Source: a virus (Duplodnaviria; Caudoviricetes). Taken from it: a stretch of DNA of 32,146 nucleotides. The notes under the pieces were generated by a model. That model was not told the origin of the DNA. It saw nothing but the letters and a program-made list of their open reading frames with translations, and ran no database searches. This document shows positions 1 through 8,924 of this stretch, piece after piece. A program made the translations under genes and the position numbers. Each line of letters starts with the position of its first letter. The first letter of the stretch is position 1. The stretch is from positions 1 to 32,146 of IMG/VR virus record IMGVR_UViG_3300020045_004870. One strand, written 5' to 3'.

Positions 1-2
1 AG

Positions 3-563
3 GAGTTCAACGAGGTCTACGCGGCTCTCGGTCGCTACGGTGATGAGGAGACCGCGCAGGACTATCAGGACGTGCTTGATGATCCGGCTGCCGATTTCCA
101 GAAGGATTTCGCCGAGTCAGACATGGACATCAAGCCGGTAGCAGACCCCGGCAGCGTGACCAAAATGCAGCAGATGGCGCGCGCCTCGTTTATGATGTCG
201 TTCAAGGGGCAGGGGCTCAACGATATCGAGATCGACCGGTTCGCCATGGAAGCGGCTGGGATCGATGATATCGACCGGTTTATGCCGCCTCAGAACGCTG
301 CGCCGAATCCCGAGGTTATGGCTAAGCTCGCGCTTACCGCCTCGCAGATCCAGCTCAACAACGCGCACGCATCGTCGCTGGCAGCCAATGCAACCAAGAC
401 GGCTGTCGAGGTTGGCCACAAGATGGGCGAGAGCGACGGCGCTGGTCACGATCCCTCGCTTGGCGGCGGTGGCACGACAGCAGGCAGTGCGCCGGGTGAC
501 GGGGCAGGGGCTCCGGGCATGTCCGAGCCCGATGCAGGCACGGTGTCGGAGGCTGGCGTATGA
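3..563 (+). CDS. portal protein, C-terminal part (5' truncated)
   Basis: Frame open from position 3 (EFNEVYAALGRYGDEETAQDYQDVLDDP...DIKPVADP); position ahead of GroES/scaffold/capsid; low-complexity tail as in podovirus portals. Confidence 0.65.
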   Translation, partial: EFNEVYAALGRYGDEETAQDYQDVLDDPAADFQKDFAESDMDIKPVADPGSVTKMQQMARASFMMSFKGQGLNDIEIDRFAMEAAGIDDIDRFMPPQNAAPNPEVMAKLALTASQIQLNNAHASSLAANATKTAVEVGHKMGESDGAGHDPSLGGGGTTAGSAPGDGAGAPGMSEPDAGTVSEAGV

Positions 564-805
564 CCGTCAGCCGTGGCGATTTCGAGGATTGGCACCAGCA
601 CCCTGTAACGCAGTGGGTGTTGGCCGCGCTCAGTGCGGAGGGCGAACAGCTCAAGGCGGACTGGATCGCCGCATCGTGGGATGGCGGACATGCCGACCCG
701 ATGCGCCTGATCGAGCTTCGCGCTGCAGCGGCGGCTTACGGGACTGTCGTGCAGCCAGATTACGACGCGCTGTGCGCAGCGAATGAACAAGAACCCACCG
801 ACTAA
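560..805 (+). CDS. hypothetical phage protein (81 aa)
   Basis: ATGA overlap with upstream stop; FEDWHQHPVTQWV resembles small proteins that follow portals. Confidence 0.7.
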   Translation: MTVSRGDFEDWHQHPVTQWVLAALSAEGEQLKADWIAASWDGGHADPMRLIELRAAAAAYGTVVQPDYDALCAANEQEPTD

Positions 806-815
806 GGAGGCCAGG

Positions 816-1175
816 GTGCCAATTCCTAAACTTGAAGATTGCCGACCGGGACTTACGCCTACGGGTTTCAACGTACTGGTAGCCGTAGAGCCGGCGCAGC
901 AGCAGACCACGGGCGGCTTGTGGAAGCCTGACACGGTGGTTGCCAAAGAGCAGCTTGTTGAGGTGCGCGGACGCATCGTCGCCATGTCACCCGCAGCGTT
1001 CGACTTCGCGAACTGGCCTGATGGCACGCGGCCGGAAGTCGGCAACGCGGTGCAGTTCGCCAAGCTCGGCGGCATCATGACCAAGGGCGCGGACGGCAAG
1101 GAATACCGCCTCATGGCCGACAAGGACATCGCCGCGATTGTGGACGAGGCGGCATTTATGGGGATGGCAGCATGA
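816..1175 (+). CDS. GroES/Cpn10-like co-chaperonin
   Basis: PTGFNVLV..TTGGLWKP..GRIVAM..VGNAVQFAKLGG..GKEYRLMADKDIAAIV matches the Cpn10 pattern; GTG at 816 follows AAGGAGG. Confidence 0.85.
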   Translation: MPIPKLEDCRPGLTPTGFNVLVAVEPAQQQTTGGLWKPDTVVAKEQLVEVRGRIVAMSPAAFDFANWPDGTRPEVGNAVQFAKLGGIMTKGADGKEYRLMADKDIAAIVDEAAFMGMAA

Positions 1176-1966
1176 GCGAAGAAACCGAAGACACCGGCAA
1201 TGAAGTCGCGCTGACCGCTGATACTGGCGAGGCTTCGAAGCTCTCCGAGGTCGAGGAGCTTGCGTCTGAGCTGGGTTGGAAGCCCCAGGCGGACTACACC
1301 GGCCCCGAGGGCAAGTGGAAGCCGGCCAAGGACTGGATCAAGGGTGGGCGCGATATCGAGCGCGGCTTGAAGGATACGGTCAAGGGCCTGCGTGACACCG
1401 TGGATCGGCTCGCCAAAAGCGCCACCAAGCAGACCGAGCGCATGCTGAACGAGCAGGCAGCCGAGATCAACGCACGCTTCAACAGCGCTGTGGAGAACAA
1501 GGACGCCAAAGCCGCCGCTGCCGCTTCGCTTGAGATGCAGCAGCTACAGCGCGAGGCGGTCGATGAGACTGGCGGCGATGTTGAAGGCGAGTTCGCCAAG
1601 CAGAACCCATGGTATGGCGACGACGGCGACGAGGACGCGACCGCTTATGCCGTCGCCGTCTCGCAGCGCGAGGCCAAGAAAGGCAAGACCATCCCGGAGC
1701 AGCTTGAGGCGGTTGATAAGGCTGTACGTAAGCGGTTTCCGGAGTTGTTCGAGACTACTCCGACCAAGAAGGCGCCGCCTGCGGTCAACACGCCATCGCG
1801 CGGCACGCCTCCGGCTCGCCCCAAGGGGTTTGCCGACCTCCCGCCTGCCGCCAAGGAAGCGGCGGAGAAGTTCGCCAAGCTCGCAGTCGAGAAGCACGGC
1901 AAGAAGCGTGAAGACGTTTTGAAGCAATATGCCGACGATTATCACGAGAACGTACAAGCCGCTTGA
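1172..1966 (+). CDS. putative capsid scaffolding protein
   Basis: Acidic N-terminus, coiled coil, FAKQNPWYG motif, Pro-rich linker; position upstream of the capsid genes. Confidence 0.65.
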   Translation: MSEETEDTGNEVALTADTGEASKLSEVEELASELGWKPQADYTGPEGKWKPAKDWIKGGRDIERGLKDTVKGLRDTVDRLAKSATKQTERMLNEQAAEINARFNSAVENKDAKAAAAASLEMQQLQREAVDETGGDVEGEFAKQNPWYGDDGDEDATAYAVAVSQREAKKGKTIPEQLEAVDKAVRKRFPELFETTPTKKAPPAVNTPSRGTPPARPKGFADLPPAAKEAAEKFAKLAVEKHGKKREDVLKQYADDYHENVQAA

Positions 1967-1992
1967 CACGCCATAAGAATTATGAATATGTA
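1963..1992 (+). promoter_or_regulatory. candidate sigma70-type promoter for the capsid genes
   Basis: Perfect TTGACA at 1963-1968, AT-rich spacer, TATGTA 18 bp downstream. Confidence 0.4.
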
Positions 1993-2003
1993 AGGATAAC
2001 GTA

Positions 2004-2525
2004 ATGCCCCGAGGTGTTTACGATCGCACTGCCCCCGAGGCAGTCGAACAGGTCGCAGGGTCGATCAACCAGCCGGAAGCAATCCCGGCGCTAGCATCCC
2101 GTCCAACCCGAGCCGATGATACTCGCAGAGAGCGTCGGCGCCGCGAAGATGGTGATCTAGACCGCATGGCGGGGCTTAAGCTCGCCATCCCCCGAGATAT
2201 TCAGGAACAGGCCGACCGCGAGGGAAAGACCCTCCGTTGGGTGCTCGATACTCCGGGCCGCATGCAGCAGATGATTGCTGACGATTGGGACAAGGTTCCC
2301 GATGTCACCAGCATCGCAGCGGATCGTGAGAGCGGCGACCAGCTCGTGCTCTGCTCCAAGTACAAGGATTGGTACGACGCCGATCAAGCGCAGGCTGCGA
2401 AAACGCTCGACGAGCGCGATGCATCCCTGACGCGCGGCGACAAGGTCAGTCCTGACGACAAGCGCCAACCGGGCACCTCTTACACGCCTGTTGGAAATCG
2501 GATTTCACGTCAACGAGGGGCTTAA
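2004..2525 (+). CDS. hypothetical head-morphogenesis protein
   Basis: AAGGA RBS; GKTLRWV..GRMQQ..W motif; lies between scaffold and capsid genes. Confidence 0.7.
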   Translation: MPRGVYDRTAPEAVEQVAGSINQPEAIPALASRPTRADDTRRERRRREDGDLDRMAGLKLAIPRDIQEQADREGKTLRWVLDTPGRMQQMIADDWDKVPDVTSIAADRESGDQLVLCSKYKDWYDADQAQAAKTLDERDASLTRGDKVSPDDKRQPGTSYTPVGNRISRQRGA

Positions 2526-2551
2526 CCTGAGCCCCTCAGTGAGGGGTTGAG

Positions 2552-3133
2552 ATGGCTAACTCGAATGCACCAATGGGGCTGATCCCCAAACGTTACCGGA
2601 ATGGTTCGCCCTGGATGGGCGTCCTTCGTACCTACTTCCGTCCTGCTACCGACGCCAACGCGCTGTTCGTGGGTGATCCTGTCGTTCTGGCAGGCACTGG
2701 CGACACCGCTGGCGTTCCCGGCGTTGTCCGCGCTGGCGTTACGGGCTCGATCACTGGCGTTGTCGTCGGCTTCCGTCCGGTGTCGAACGTCAACCAGATC
2801 ATCCCGCCGCGCTTCCTTGCGGCTTCGACGGCTGGCTATGTGCTGGTCGCCGATGATCCTGCACTCCTGTTCGAGATTCAGGATAACGGCACGGCTATCA
2901 CTGGCGACATCGGCCTGAACGCCAATCTGGTAGCTGGTGCCGGAAATCAGCTTACCGGCCAGTCCGCCTATCAGGTGGATTCCACGACCAAAGCTGTCAC
3001 GGCAACGTTGCAGCTTCGTATCGTCTCGCTCGAACAGCGTGCCGATAACGTCCTTGGCGCTAACGCCAAGTGGCTGGTTGCTCTCAACACTCCGACCGAG
3101 ACTGGCGCCGCTGGCGCTCTCGGCGTCGCATAA
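2552..3133 (+). CDS. putative capsid decoration/minor capsid protein
   Basis: GAGGGG RBS; G/A/V-rich beta-type sequence (ALFVGDPVVL, VADDPALLFEIQ); directly upstream of the major capsid gene. Confidence 0.65.
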   Translation: MANSNAPMGLIPKRYRNGSPWMGVLRTYFRPATDANALFVGDPVVLAGTGDTAGVPGVVRAGVTGSITGVVVGFRPVSNVNQIIPPRFLAASTAGYVLVADDPALLFEIQDNGTAITGDIGLNANLVAGAGNQLTGQSAYQVDSTTKAVTATLQLRIVSLEQRADNVLGANAKWLVALNTPTETGAAGALGVA

Positions 3134-3147
3134 AAGGGGACTGAACG

Positions 3148-4056
3148 ATGCCCGCAGGCGTAATCACTCGTTCGGCTCACCCCGACGCACTCTGGCCCGG
3201 CGTAAAAGCTTGGTTCGGCCTCGAATACGACAAGGTGCCCGCCACCTGGTCGCAGATCTTCGAGAAGATGAGTTCCGACAAGTTCCAGGAGCGCATCGTC
3301 GAGGGGACCACGTTCGGCCTCGCACCGAACCGCACGGAAGGCGCTCCCGTCGAGTATGACAGCGACGGCGAAGGCTATGTGGCGATCTTCCAGCACGCAG
3401 TTTACGCGCTGGGCTACATCGTCACGCAAGAGGAGTTGGAAGACAACCAGTACCAGCAGGTTTCCCAGTCGCGCTCGGCCAATCTGGCCTGGTCGATGCG
3501 GACCACTGCCGAGTACGTCCATGCCAACGTCTTCAACCGTGGCTTCGACGCAAACTATCCGATCGGTGACGGCCAGCCGCTTTTCTCGGCCGCACACCCA
3601 ACCATGTCGGGCAACCAGTCGAACCTTCTGACCCCGGCAGACATGTCGGAAGCTGCGGTGGAAGACGCAGTGAAGAAGGTGTGGCGGATGCAGAACAACC
3701 GCGGCTTCCCGCTTAACGGTGGGATCAAGCGTATCGTGGTGAACCCGGAGAGCGCTTTCAACGCAACGCGCATCTTCAATTCGGTTCTGCGCTCCGGCAC
3801 GGCAAACAACGACATCAACGCACTGAACGCCATGGGCACGGTGCCTGAGATCGTTGTCGATAAGTACCTGACGAACACGGTGAGCTGGTTTGTCCAGACC
3901 GACGTGCCGAACGGTCTTATCTCTATGTGGCGGCGTGATGTCACCCTGTCGAAGGACAACGACTTCGACACCGACAACGCGAAGGCAAAGGCAACGATGC
4001 GCTTCTCGTGCGGCGCTGCTGACTGGCGCTCGGTCTACGGCAATGCCGGGGCCTAA
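3148..4056 (+). CDS. major capsid protein
   Basis: 302 aa; ITRSAHPDALWPG, EGAPVEYD, YALGYIVTQEELEDNQY, GDGQPLFSAAHP, DNDFDTDN, ADWRSVYG resemble a widespread capsid family; biased codon usage. Confidence 0.9.
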   Translation: MPAGVITRSAHPDALWPGVKAWFGLEYDKVPATWSQIFEKMSSDKFQERIVEGTTFGLAPNRTEGAPVEYDSDGEGYVAIFQHAVYALGYIVTQEELEDNQYQQVSQSRSANLAWSMRTTAEYVHANVFNRGFDANYPIGDGQPLFSAAHPTMSGNQSNLLTPADMSEAAVEDAVKKVWRMQNNRGFPLNGGIKRIVVNPESAFNATRIFNSVLRSGTANNDINALNAMGTVPEIVVDKYLTNTVSWFVQTDVPNGLISMWRRDVTLSKDNDFDTDNAKAKATMRFSCGAADWRSVYGNAGA

Positions 4057-4098
4057 ACTACGCTAACCCGTAGTCGCTAACCCGCCCGGAGGATTATC

Positions 4099-4344
4099 AT
4101 GTATTCCTATGATTATCAGCCGGGCGGGGCCTACGGACAATGCCCCAGGTGCGGCTTTAAAAAGCGCCTCAACGATCTTCGCTTGGAATGGTCCGGCCTG
4201 CGCGTTTGCTCCCCTTGCTGGGATCCCCGGCCCGACACCATGAGCCCTCCCGTCGTGTATCCCGAAGGCTTGCCGCGCCCTGACGCGCAGCCTGAGCTTC
4301 CCGACGCATTTATCCAAACCACCGTTCGCCCCGAGGATCTGTAA
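4099..4344 (+). CDS. small Zn-ribbon protein
   Basis: GGAGG RBS; CPRCG and CSPCWD motifs. Confidence 0.75.
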   Translation: MYSYDYQPGGAYGQCPRCGFKKRLNDLRLEWSGLRVCSPCWDPRPDTMSPPVVYPEGLPRPDAQPELPDAFIQTTVRPEDL

Positions 4345-5907
4345 TTGCTCCTGCGAACATTCTCTGCTGCCGGTCGATCCTCTACGGTTTTCCGCGTTAG
4401 CCCGCTTGTGGCTAGCAGCGGCGCGATCCCGCCTGTCGGGAATAGGCTTGTTGGACAAGTTTCCGGATCCGGCAACGTAACTGCGACAATTAAAATCACA
4501 GGCAAGAATTTCTTGTCTGGCGCTATCCCAGGGCTGGGAAGCGTATCCGGCGTAATCTTTAATGCTCCTCACGGTGCTTCGGCGCTCACCGGCAATGTGA
4601 TCGGTTCCGGGGCCCTGTCCGCATCTATCACGAATACCCCAACCGTGGCGTGGAACAGCAACGTCAATATGGTTGTGGATGGCAACAGCTTCATCAACCC
4701 AAGCGAAGGTTCGACGGGCGGCCAAACGCTGAGCAACCAGCTTCAAGCGTTGCCTCCGTTCGCCGGATCCGGCGCCACTGCGACGACGCTCGGCCATTCG
4801 GGGTTCTCCTGGTCGCAGTTGGATGGCGCTGCAAGCACGGTCGATGCCGCATTCGTACCCGGAAAGATCAATATTCTCGTCGTGGGCGAGACGACAAACA
4901 CCGTCTTCAATACCGGGGCTGATGCGGCAACTACCATTACCCAGACCAAGGCCTACGTCGCTAACCGGCTGGCGGCGCATCCGTGGGATCGGATCGTTCT
5001 GTTCGGGACCATCCCCCGTCAGTCTGGCGGGTCTGTCGCTGCGCAGAATGCAATCCTGACCGCTGTCGATGCGGACATGAAGAACAACACGTCTGCATAT
5101 GGAGCATACCATTTCGTGGATGTGCGCGCCGGCACGATTTACGCCTTCCCGGACTACACCGACGCGAGTTTCACGGCAGCTAGAGCATATTATTACGATA
5201 CGCCGATGATCCACCCGACCAATGCAGGGTACGGGATTCTCGCGAAAGCATTGTCGGACTATCTGCGTACGATGCCGCTGCCTACAGCATCCAATGCCAT
5301 GTCCGGCAGCGTGGCAGGTATCGGAGCGGTTTCGGGCACCATGACTAATAGCGGCGGTGTCACGGCAAATTATATCCGCCTTACGCCGACCCGAATGACT
5401 GAATCTGTCAATGGCGCTGGTGGATATAACTATGCCGCCAACAACGACGGCGGGTACGATACCAACTATACCGTTGGTCAAACGACACGCTTCCTGCCGG
5501 CAGGCCAAGACGGTTGGTTTCAGATTGTCTCGCAAGGGCAAGGCAATAACGGCCCTATCCTAGCGCTTTCCGTAAACCCCAATCCTGTCAGATATCAAGA
5601 CAGCGCTGTGGGCGCTTATATGGACAGTAATTTCAATAGCTCAGGATACAACTATATCTTGAGTGGCGGAGGCAGCGTCGGTTCCGCCAACAATACCGGA
5701 ACGGTGCAGGTAGGTGACCTGCTGAGATTGCGCCGCACAGGATCTTCTATTGTCGCGGAGACCAGTAAGAACGCAGGAGCCACTTGGGTTAATGTGTATT
5801 CGTTTTCTGGAACATACACGGGCGCATTGTATCCGATATTCCAGACCGGCACGACCAATTCGTATGGGGTGATCGTGCAACCTTCTGCATCATCTAACGT
5901 GGCTTAA
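4345..5907 (+). CDS. putative virion fibre with SGNH/GDSL esterase domain
   Basis: VVDGNS (block I), GHSG (II), GETTN (III), DTPMIHPTNAGY (V); Gly-rich repeats; beta-rich C-terminal domain; TTG start abuts the upstream TAA, so the start is uncertain. Confidence 0.75.
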   Translation: MLLRTFSAAGRSSTVFRVSPLVASSGAIPPVGNRLVGQVSGSGNVTATIKITGKNFLSGAIPGLGSVSGVIFNAPHGASALTGNVIGSGALSASITNTPTVAWNSNVNMVVDGNSFINPSEGSTGGQTLSNQLQALPPFAGSGATATTLGHSGFSWSQLDGAASTVDAAFVPGKINILVVGETTNTVFNTGADAATTITQTKAYVANRLAAHPWDRIVLFGTIPRQSGGSVAAQNAILTAVDADMKNNTSAYGAYHFVDVRAGTIYAFPDYTDASFTAARAYYYDTPMIHPTNAGYGILAKALSDYLRTMPLPTASNAMSGSVAGIGAVSGTMTNSGGVTANYIRLTPTRMTESVNGAGGYNYAANNDGGYDTNYTVGQTTRFLPAGQDGWFQIVSQGQGNNGPILALSVNPNPVRYQDSAVGAYMDSNFNSSGYNYILSGGGSVGSANNTGTVQVGDLLRLRRTGSSIVAETSKNAGATWVNVYSFSGTYTGALYPIFQTGTTNSYGVIVQPSASSNVA

Positions 5908-5919
5908 AAGGAATATGAA

Positions 5920-6321
5920 ATGACCGGGTTCAGCACGTATCTGCAAACTGCTATCGATAATTGGGCTAAGGGGACTGCGTTCCCTGCTGCGCCGGCTGGG
6001 GTCTATGTCGCCCTGTTCTCGGCGGATCCAACCGACGCGGGTTCACTCACGAATGAGGTAACGACCACCGTGCGTACGGCTGGACGCGTCCTTGCCACGT
6101 TCGGCGCGGTCTCCACAGCGAGCGGTACCAGCACGATCTCGAATAGCGGCATCGTTGATTTCGGGAACGCGGCGGGGGCTGCCACCGTCACCTACTTCGG
6201 CCTCTTCGATGCGACCACGGGTGGCAATATGCTCGGCTCCGGCACGATCAGCGGCGGCTCTATCTTGAGTGGCAACGCTGTTAGTTTCGCAGTCGGCGCA
6301 CTGACGTTCTCGGCATCCTAA
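5920..6321 (+). CDS. small structural protein (fibre-associated)
   Basis: AAGGA RBS; YVALFSADP, TVTYFGLFDATTGGNML, FAVGAL motifs common in phage structural proteins. Confidence 0.75.
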   Translation: MTGFSTYLQTAIDNWAKGTAFPAAPAGVYVALFSADPTDAGSLTNEVTTTVRTAGRVLATFGAVSTASGTSTISNSGIVDFGNAAGAATVTYFGLFDATTGGNMLGSGTISGGSILSGNAVSFAVGALTFSAS

Positions 6322-6322
6322 A

Positions 6323-7300
6323 ATGACCACCAGCACCAAGGCGCCGGGGGAAACGGTCAACTTCGGGTACGACTTCACGTCGCGCCTCGGAGATTCTGCC
6401 ATTTCGTCCGTTGTATCGGTCGCACAAGTCGCTCAGCACGGCCTAGGCTCCCTTGGTGGCGGCTCATTTACGATCCAAGGTTCTCAGGTCGTCGTCACCT
6501 GGAGTGGCGGCATCAGTGGCGAGCAGTATCTAACCACTGTCACAGTGCAGACCACTGGCAGCGAGACGCTTGAATCGGTCGGATTGATTACGGTCGATGC
6601 CGGGGTCGTAGCTGATACGTCTGGCCTGACCTCCGGACTGATGTCCGCAGGCGACATGATAACCGCTGCCATGCAGGAGCTTGGCATCCTGTCGGCGGGC
6701 GAGACCCCTGACGGCGATGATACCATTCTAGGCCTGCGCGTCCTCAACTGGATGCTCAAATCCTTCGCCGCTCGGGGTGTGAACCTCTGGCGGGAGGAGC
6801 AGGGCAGTGTGGCGTTCCCGGCTGGCGTTGCGACGATCCAGCTGGATCCATTCTGCTTAGACATCATGGAAGCGCGGCTAGTGCAGTCCAGCACGTTCGA
6901 GCGCCCGTTGCAGCGTTGGGAAGGTGGACAATACCGCCAGATCCCGAACAAGGGGCAGAGGGGCTATCCTACGGCGTTCTACGTGGCCAAACAGACAAAC
7001 AGCCTGACACTGACGCTGTGGCCGGTTCCTTCCACCGATTCCACGGTGCTGTACACCTATTCGCGCGTGACTCAGGACGTGACGGATGCGGCGCAGAACC
7101 TCGATATCCCACAGGAATGGACGGAGACGGTGTATCTAGCCCTCGCGTCGCGCCTCGCTTCGACTTTTGGGGTGACCCGGATCGATCCTAACACCGTTAA
7201 ACTGGTCGCTCAGCGTGCGGCCGCTTACGAGCAGCTTTTGCTAGATCAAGATAGACCATCAAGCGTATTTATGGGGAGTGCATATGACCGTAACTTTTAA
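6323..7300 (+). CDS. head-tail adaptor (P22 gp4-like) with an extra N-terminal beta domain
   Basis: From about aa 107: AGDMITAAMQELGILSAGETP..GLRVLNWML, GYPTAFY, LWPVP, IPQEW..LASRLA; N-terminal KAPGETVNFGYDF domain. Confidence 0.75.
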   Translation: MTTSTKAPGETVNFGYDFTSRLGDSAISSVVSVAQVAQHGLGSLGGGSFTIQGSQVVVTWSGGISGEQYLTTVTVQTTGSETLESVGLITVDAGVVADTSGLTSGLMSAGDMITAAMQELGILSAGETPDGDDTILGLRVLNWMLKSFAARGVNLWREEQGSVAFPAGVATIQLDPFCLDIMEARLVQSSTFERPLQRWEGGQYRQIPNKGQRGYPTAFYVAKQTNSLTLTLWPVPSTDSTVLYTYSRVTQDVTDAAQNLDIPQEWTETVYLALASRLASTFGVTRIDPNTVKLVAQRAAAYEQLLLDQDRPSSVFMGSAYDRNF

Positions 7301-8261
7301 AAGCGCCGTTGCGCTGGCGCTCTGTGCGCTTGCCCAGCCATCGTTCGCAGCCGATCAGGTTAGGACCACATTCAACAGCATCCCGGTTAACGCCGAGATT
7401 GTCGCTTGCACCAACTGTGGCGGTGCGGGTGGGGGCACCCCGACTGGTACTGCTGGGGCTCCGAATGCGCAGGTTGTGACCGTGCAGGGTATCACGAACG
7501 GTACACCTCAGAACGTGACTGTTGACGGGGTGATGGACGCAGTAACCATTCCCATCAATATCACAGCCAACGGCACTAATACGGTTGCCTATGGGCCTGT
7601 CTCGACGGCTGGGTTCGGGACGGTCTTCTCGTATCTTACGTCTGTCCAGAGCGGTGTTACCGTGTTTCCGCAGGTTAGCACGGACGGGGTTAACTGGACC
7701 TCCCTGACGGTCAGCTCTGTAAACAACGCCAACTCTTTCGGCAGTCAGTTCGGGGCCGGGTTCCTCCAATACGCCCCCTTGCCCGGAGGGCAATTCCGTG
7801 TCCTTTTAAGCGGGACGTCGACTGCCGGCACTACGACCGGCTCGTTGGTTTTGAAGCGGTTGAATTTCCGCGCTGTCGTTGACGTAGGCTCAGCGGGTTC
7901 ACTGGGTGGTGGGTTTAACACCATCGGTGCCATCTGGCGTTCTTTCTATTTCAACGACACTACCACGGCGCTTGGATCGTCGGCTACCTTTACGGGGACG
8001 GCGCGAGACACGAACAATCAGGCCTCTGGTATTCAATACAACGTTTACAGTGTCTTTGCCCGTGCCGATCAGGCCGGCACGCTCAACATGCAAGGCTCGA
8101 ATGACAATACGACGTGGTTCACCGAGCTGACATCCGCAGTCGCCGCCAACACGCCTGTCACGCTGACGGGGCGTATCTACACACGGTATCATCGCGCGCA
8201 GTTCATCAATGGTGCCACGGCGCAGGGCTCGCTGGTCGTCAATTCCCAGCTTGGGGAGTAA
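7284..8261 (+). CDS. hypothetical beta-rich protein with signal-peptide-like N-terminus
   Basis: GGGGAG RBS before ATG 7284; MTVTFKSAVALALCALAQPSFA-A; T/G/N-rich body. Confidence 0.7.
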   Translation: MTVTFKSAVALALCALAQPSFAADQVRTTFNSIPVNAEIVACTNCGGAGGGTPTGTAGAPNAQVVTVQGITNGTPQNVTVDGVMDAVTIPINITANGTNTVAYGPVSTAGFGTVFSYLTSVQSGVTVFPQVSTDGVNWTSLTVSSVNNANSFGSQFGAGFLQYAPLPGGQFRVLLSGTSTAGTTTGSLVLKRLNFRAVVDVGSAGSLGGGFNTIGAIWRSFYFNDTTTALGSSATFTGTARDTNNQASGIQYNVYSVFARADQAGTLNMQGSNDNTTWFTELTSAVAANTPVTLTGRIYTRYHRAQFINGATAQGSLVVNSQLGE

Positions 8262-8267
8262 TGTCAC

Positions 8268-8924
8268 ATGCGATATTTTCTCTGCCTTCTTGCCCTCTCT
8301 TGCGCTGGCCTGATACAACCCGTTTCCGCGCAGGCACTAGCCAACGGTGCGATCACTGGTGCGCAATGTACGGAAGTCGCACCTGTCGTATGCGCCCCTA
8401 CGTCCAGCACGTCGCCGGAGGTGGTTCTACAACGTGAAGATGCCCGCGTCTTGGCTGGGTTCGGCTATACCGTCAGCTCGTCCATCGTGGCGATCTCATC
8501 GGGGAACTATCTTAACGCTATCCTGTCGAATCCGTCCAACAGTGGCGTAACGTTGGTTATGTCCAGCCGGCTTCTGAACTGCAACCTTGCAGGCGGCAAC
8601 ACACCAAACGAGTACGCACGGTACGTGTCGGGTGCGACGTTCCCTGCCACGCCTACACCCACAACTGTGGCGATTGGCAACCGTCGTGCAGGTGGCGCCG
8701 TGAGTAGCGCAACTTTCCAGTATCAGATGGCATCGGCCACTCTGGTGGGGACTACCTCGGCAGGCGGATTCGTCCCTACAGGTGGAAATCGCTTAGAGAT
8801 TAAGGAAATCGTTTTGATCCCTCCCGGCAGCTCACTTGCATATACCATAGGTGGTGCTGGCGGTGGACTGGCTGCGACAGCTCGGTGCGCTGTAACCTTC
8901 CTGTTTTACTCGTTGCCCGCGTGA
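8268..8924 (+). CDS. hypothetical protein with signal-peptide-like N-terminus
   Basis: GGGGAG RBS; MRYFLCLLALSCAGLIQPVSA-QA. Confidence 0.7.
   Translation: MRYFLCLLALSCAGLIQPVSAQALANGAITGAQCTEVAPVVCAPTSSTSPEVVLQREDARVLAGFGYTVSSSIVAISSGNYLNAILSNPSNSGVTLVMSSRLLNCNLAGGNTPNEYARYVSGATFPATPTPTTVAIGNRRAGGAVSSATFQYQMASATLVGTTSAGGFVPTGGNRLEIKEIVLIPPGSSLAYTIGGAGGGLAATARCAVTFLFYSLPA

Noticed and set aside
4057-4084. Terminator after the capsid gene; CGCTAACCCG present twice
   Set aside because: Weak 6-bp stem with no U-tract; the 10-bp repeat has no supporting context
4063-5541. 492-aa - strand ORF, and other long shadow ORFs (14987-15904, 13196-13912, 9113-9808)
   Set aside because: Antisense to well-supported genes, no motifs; expected in GC-rich DNA
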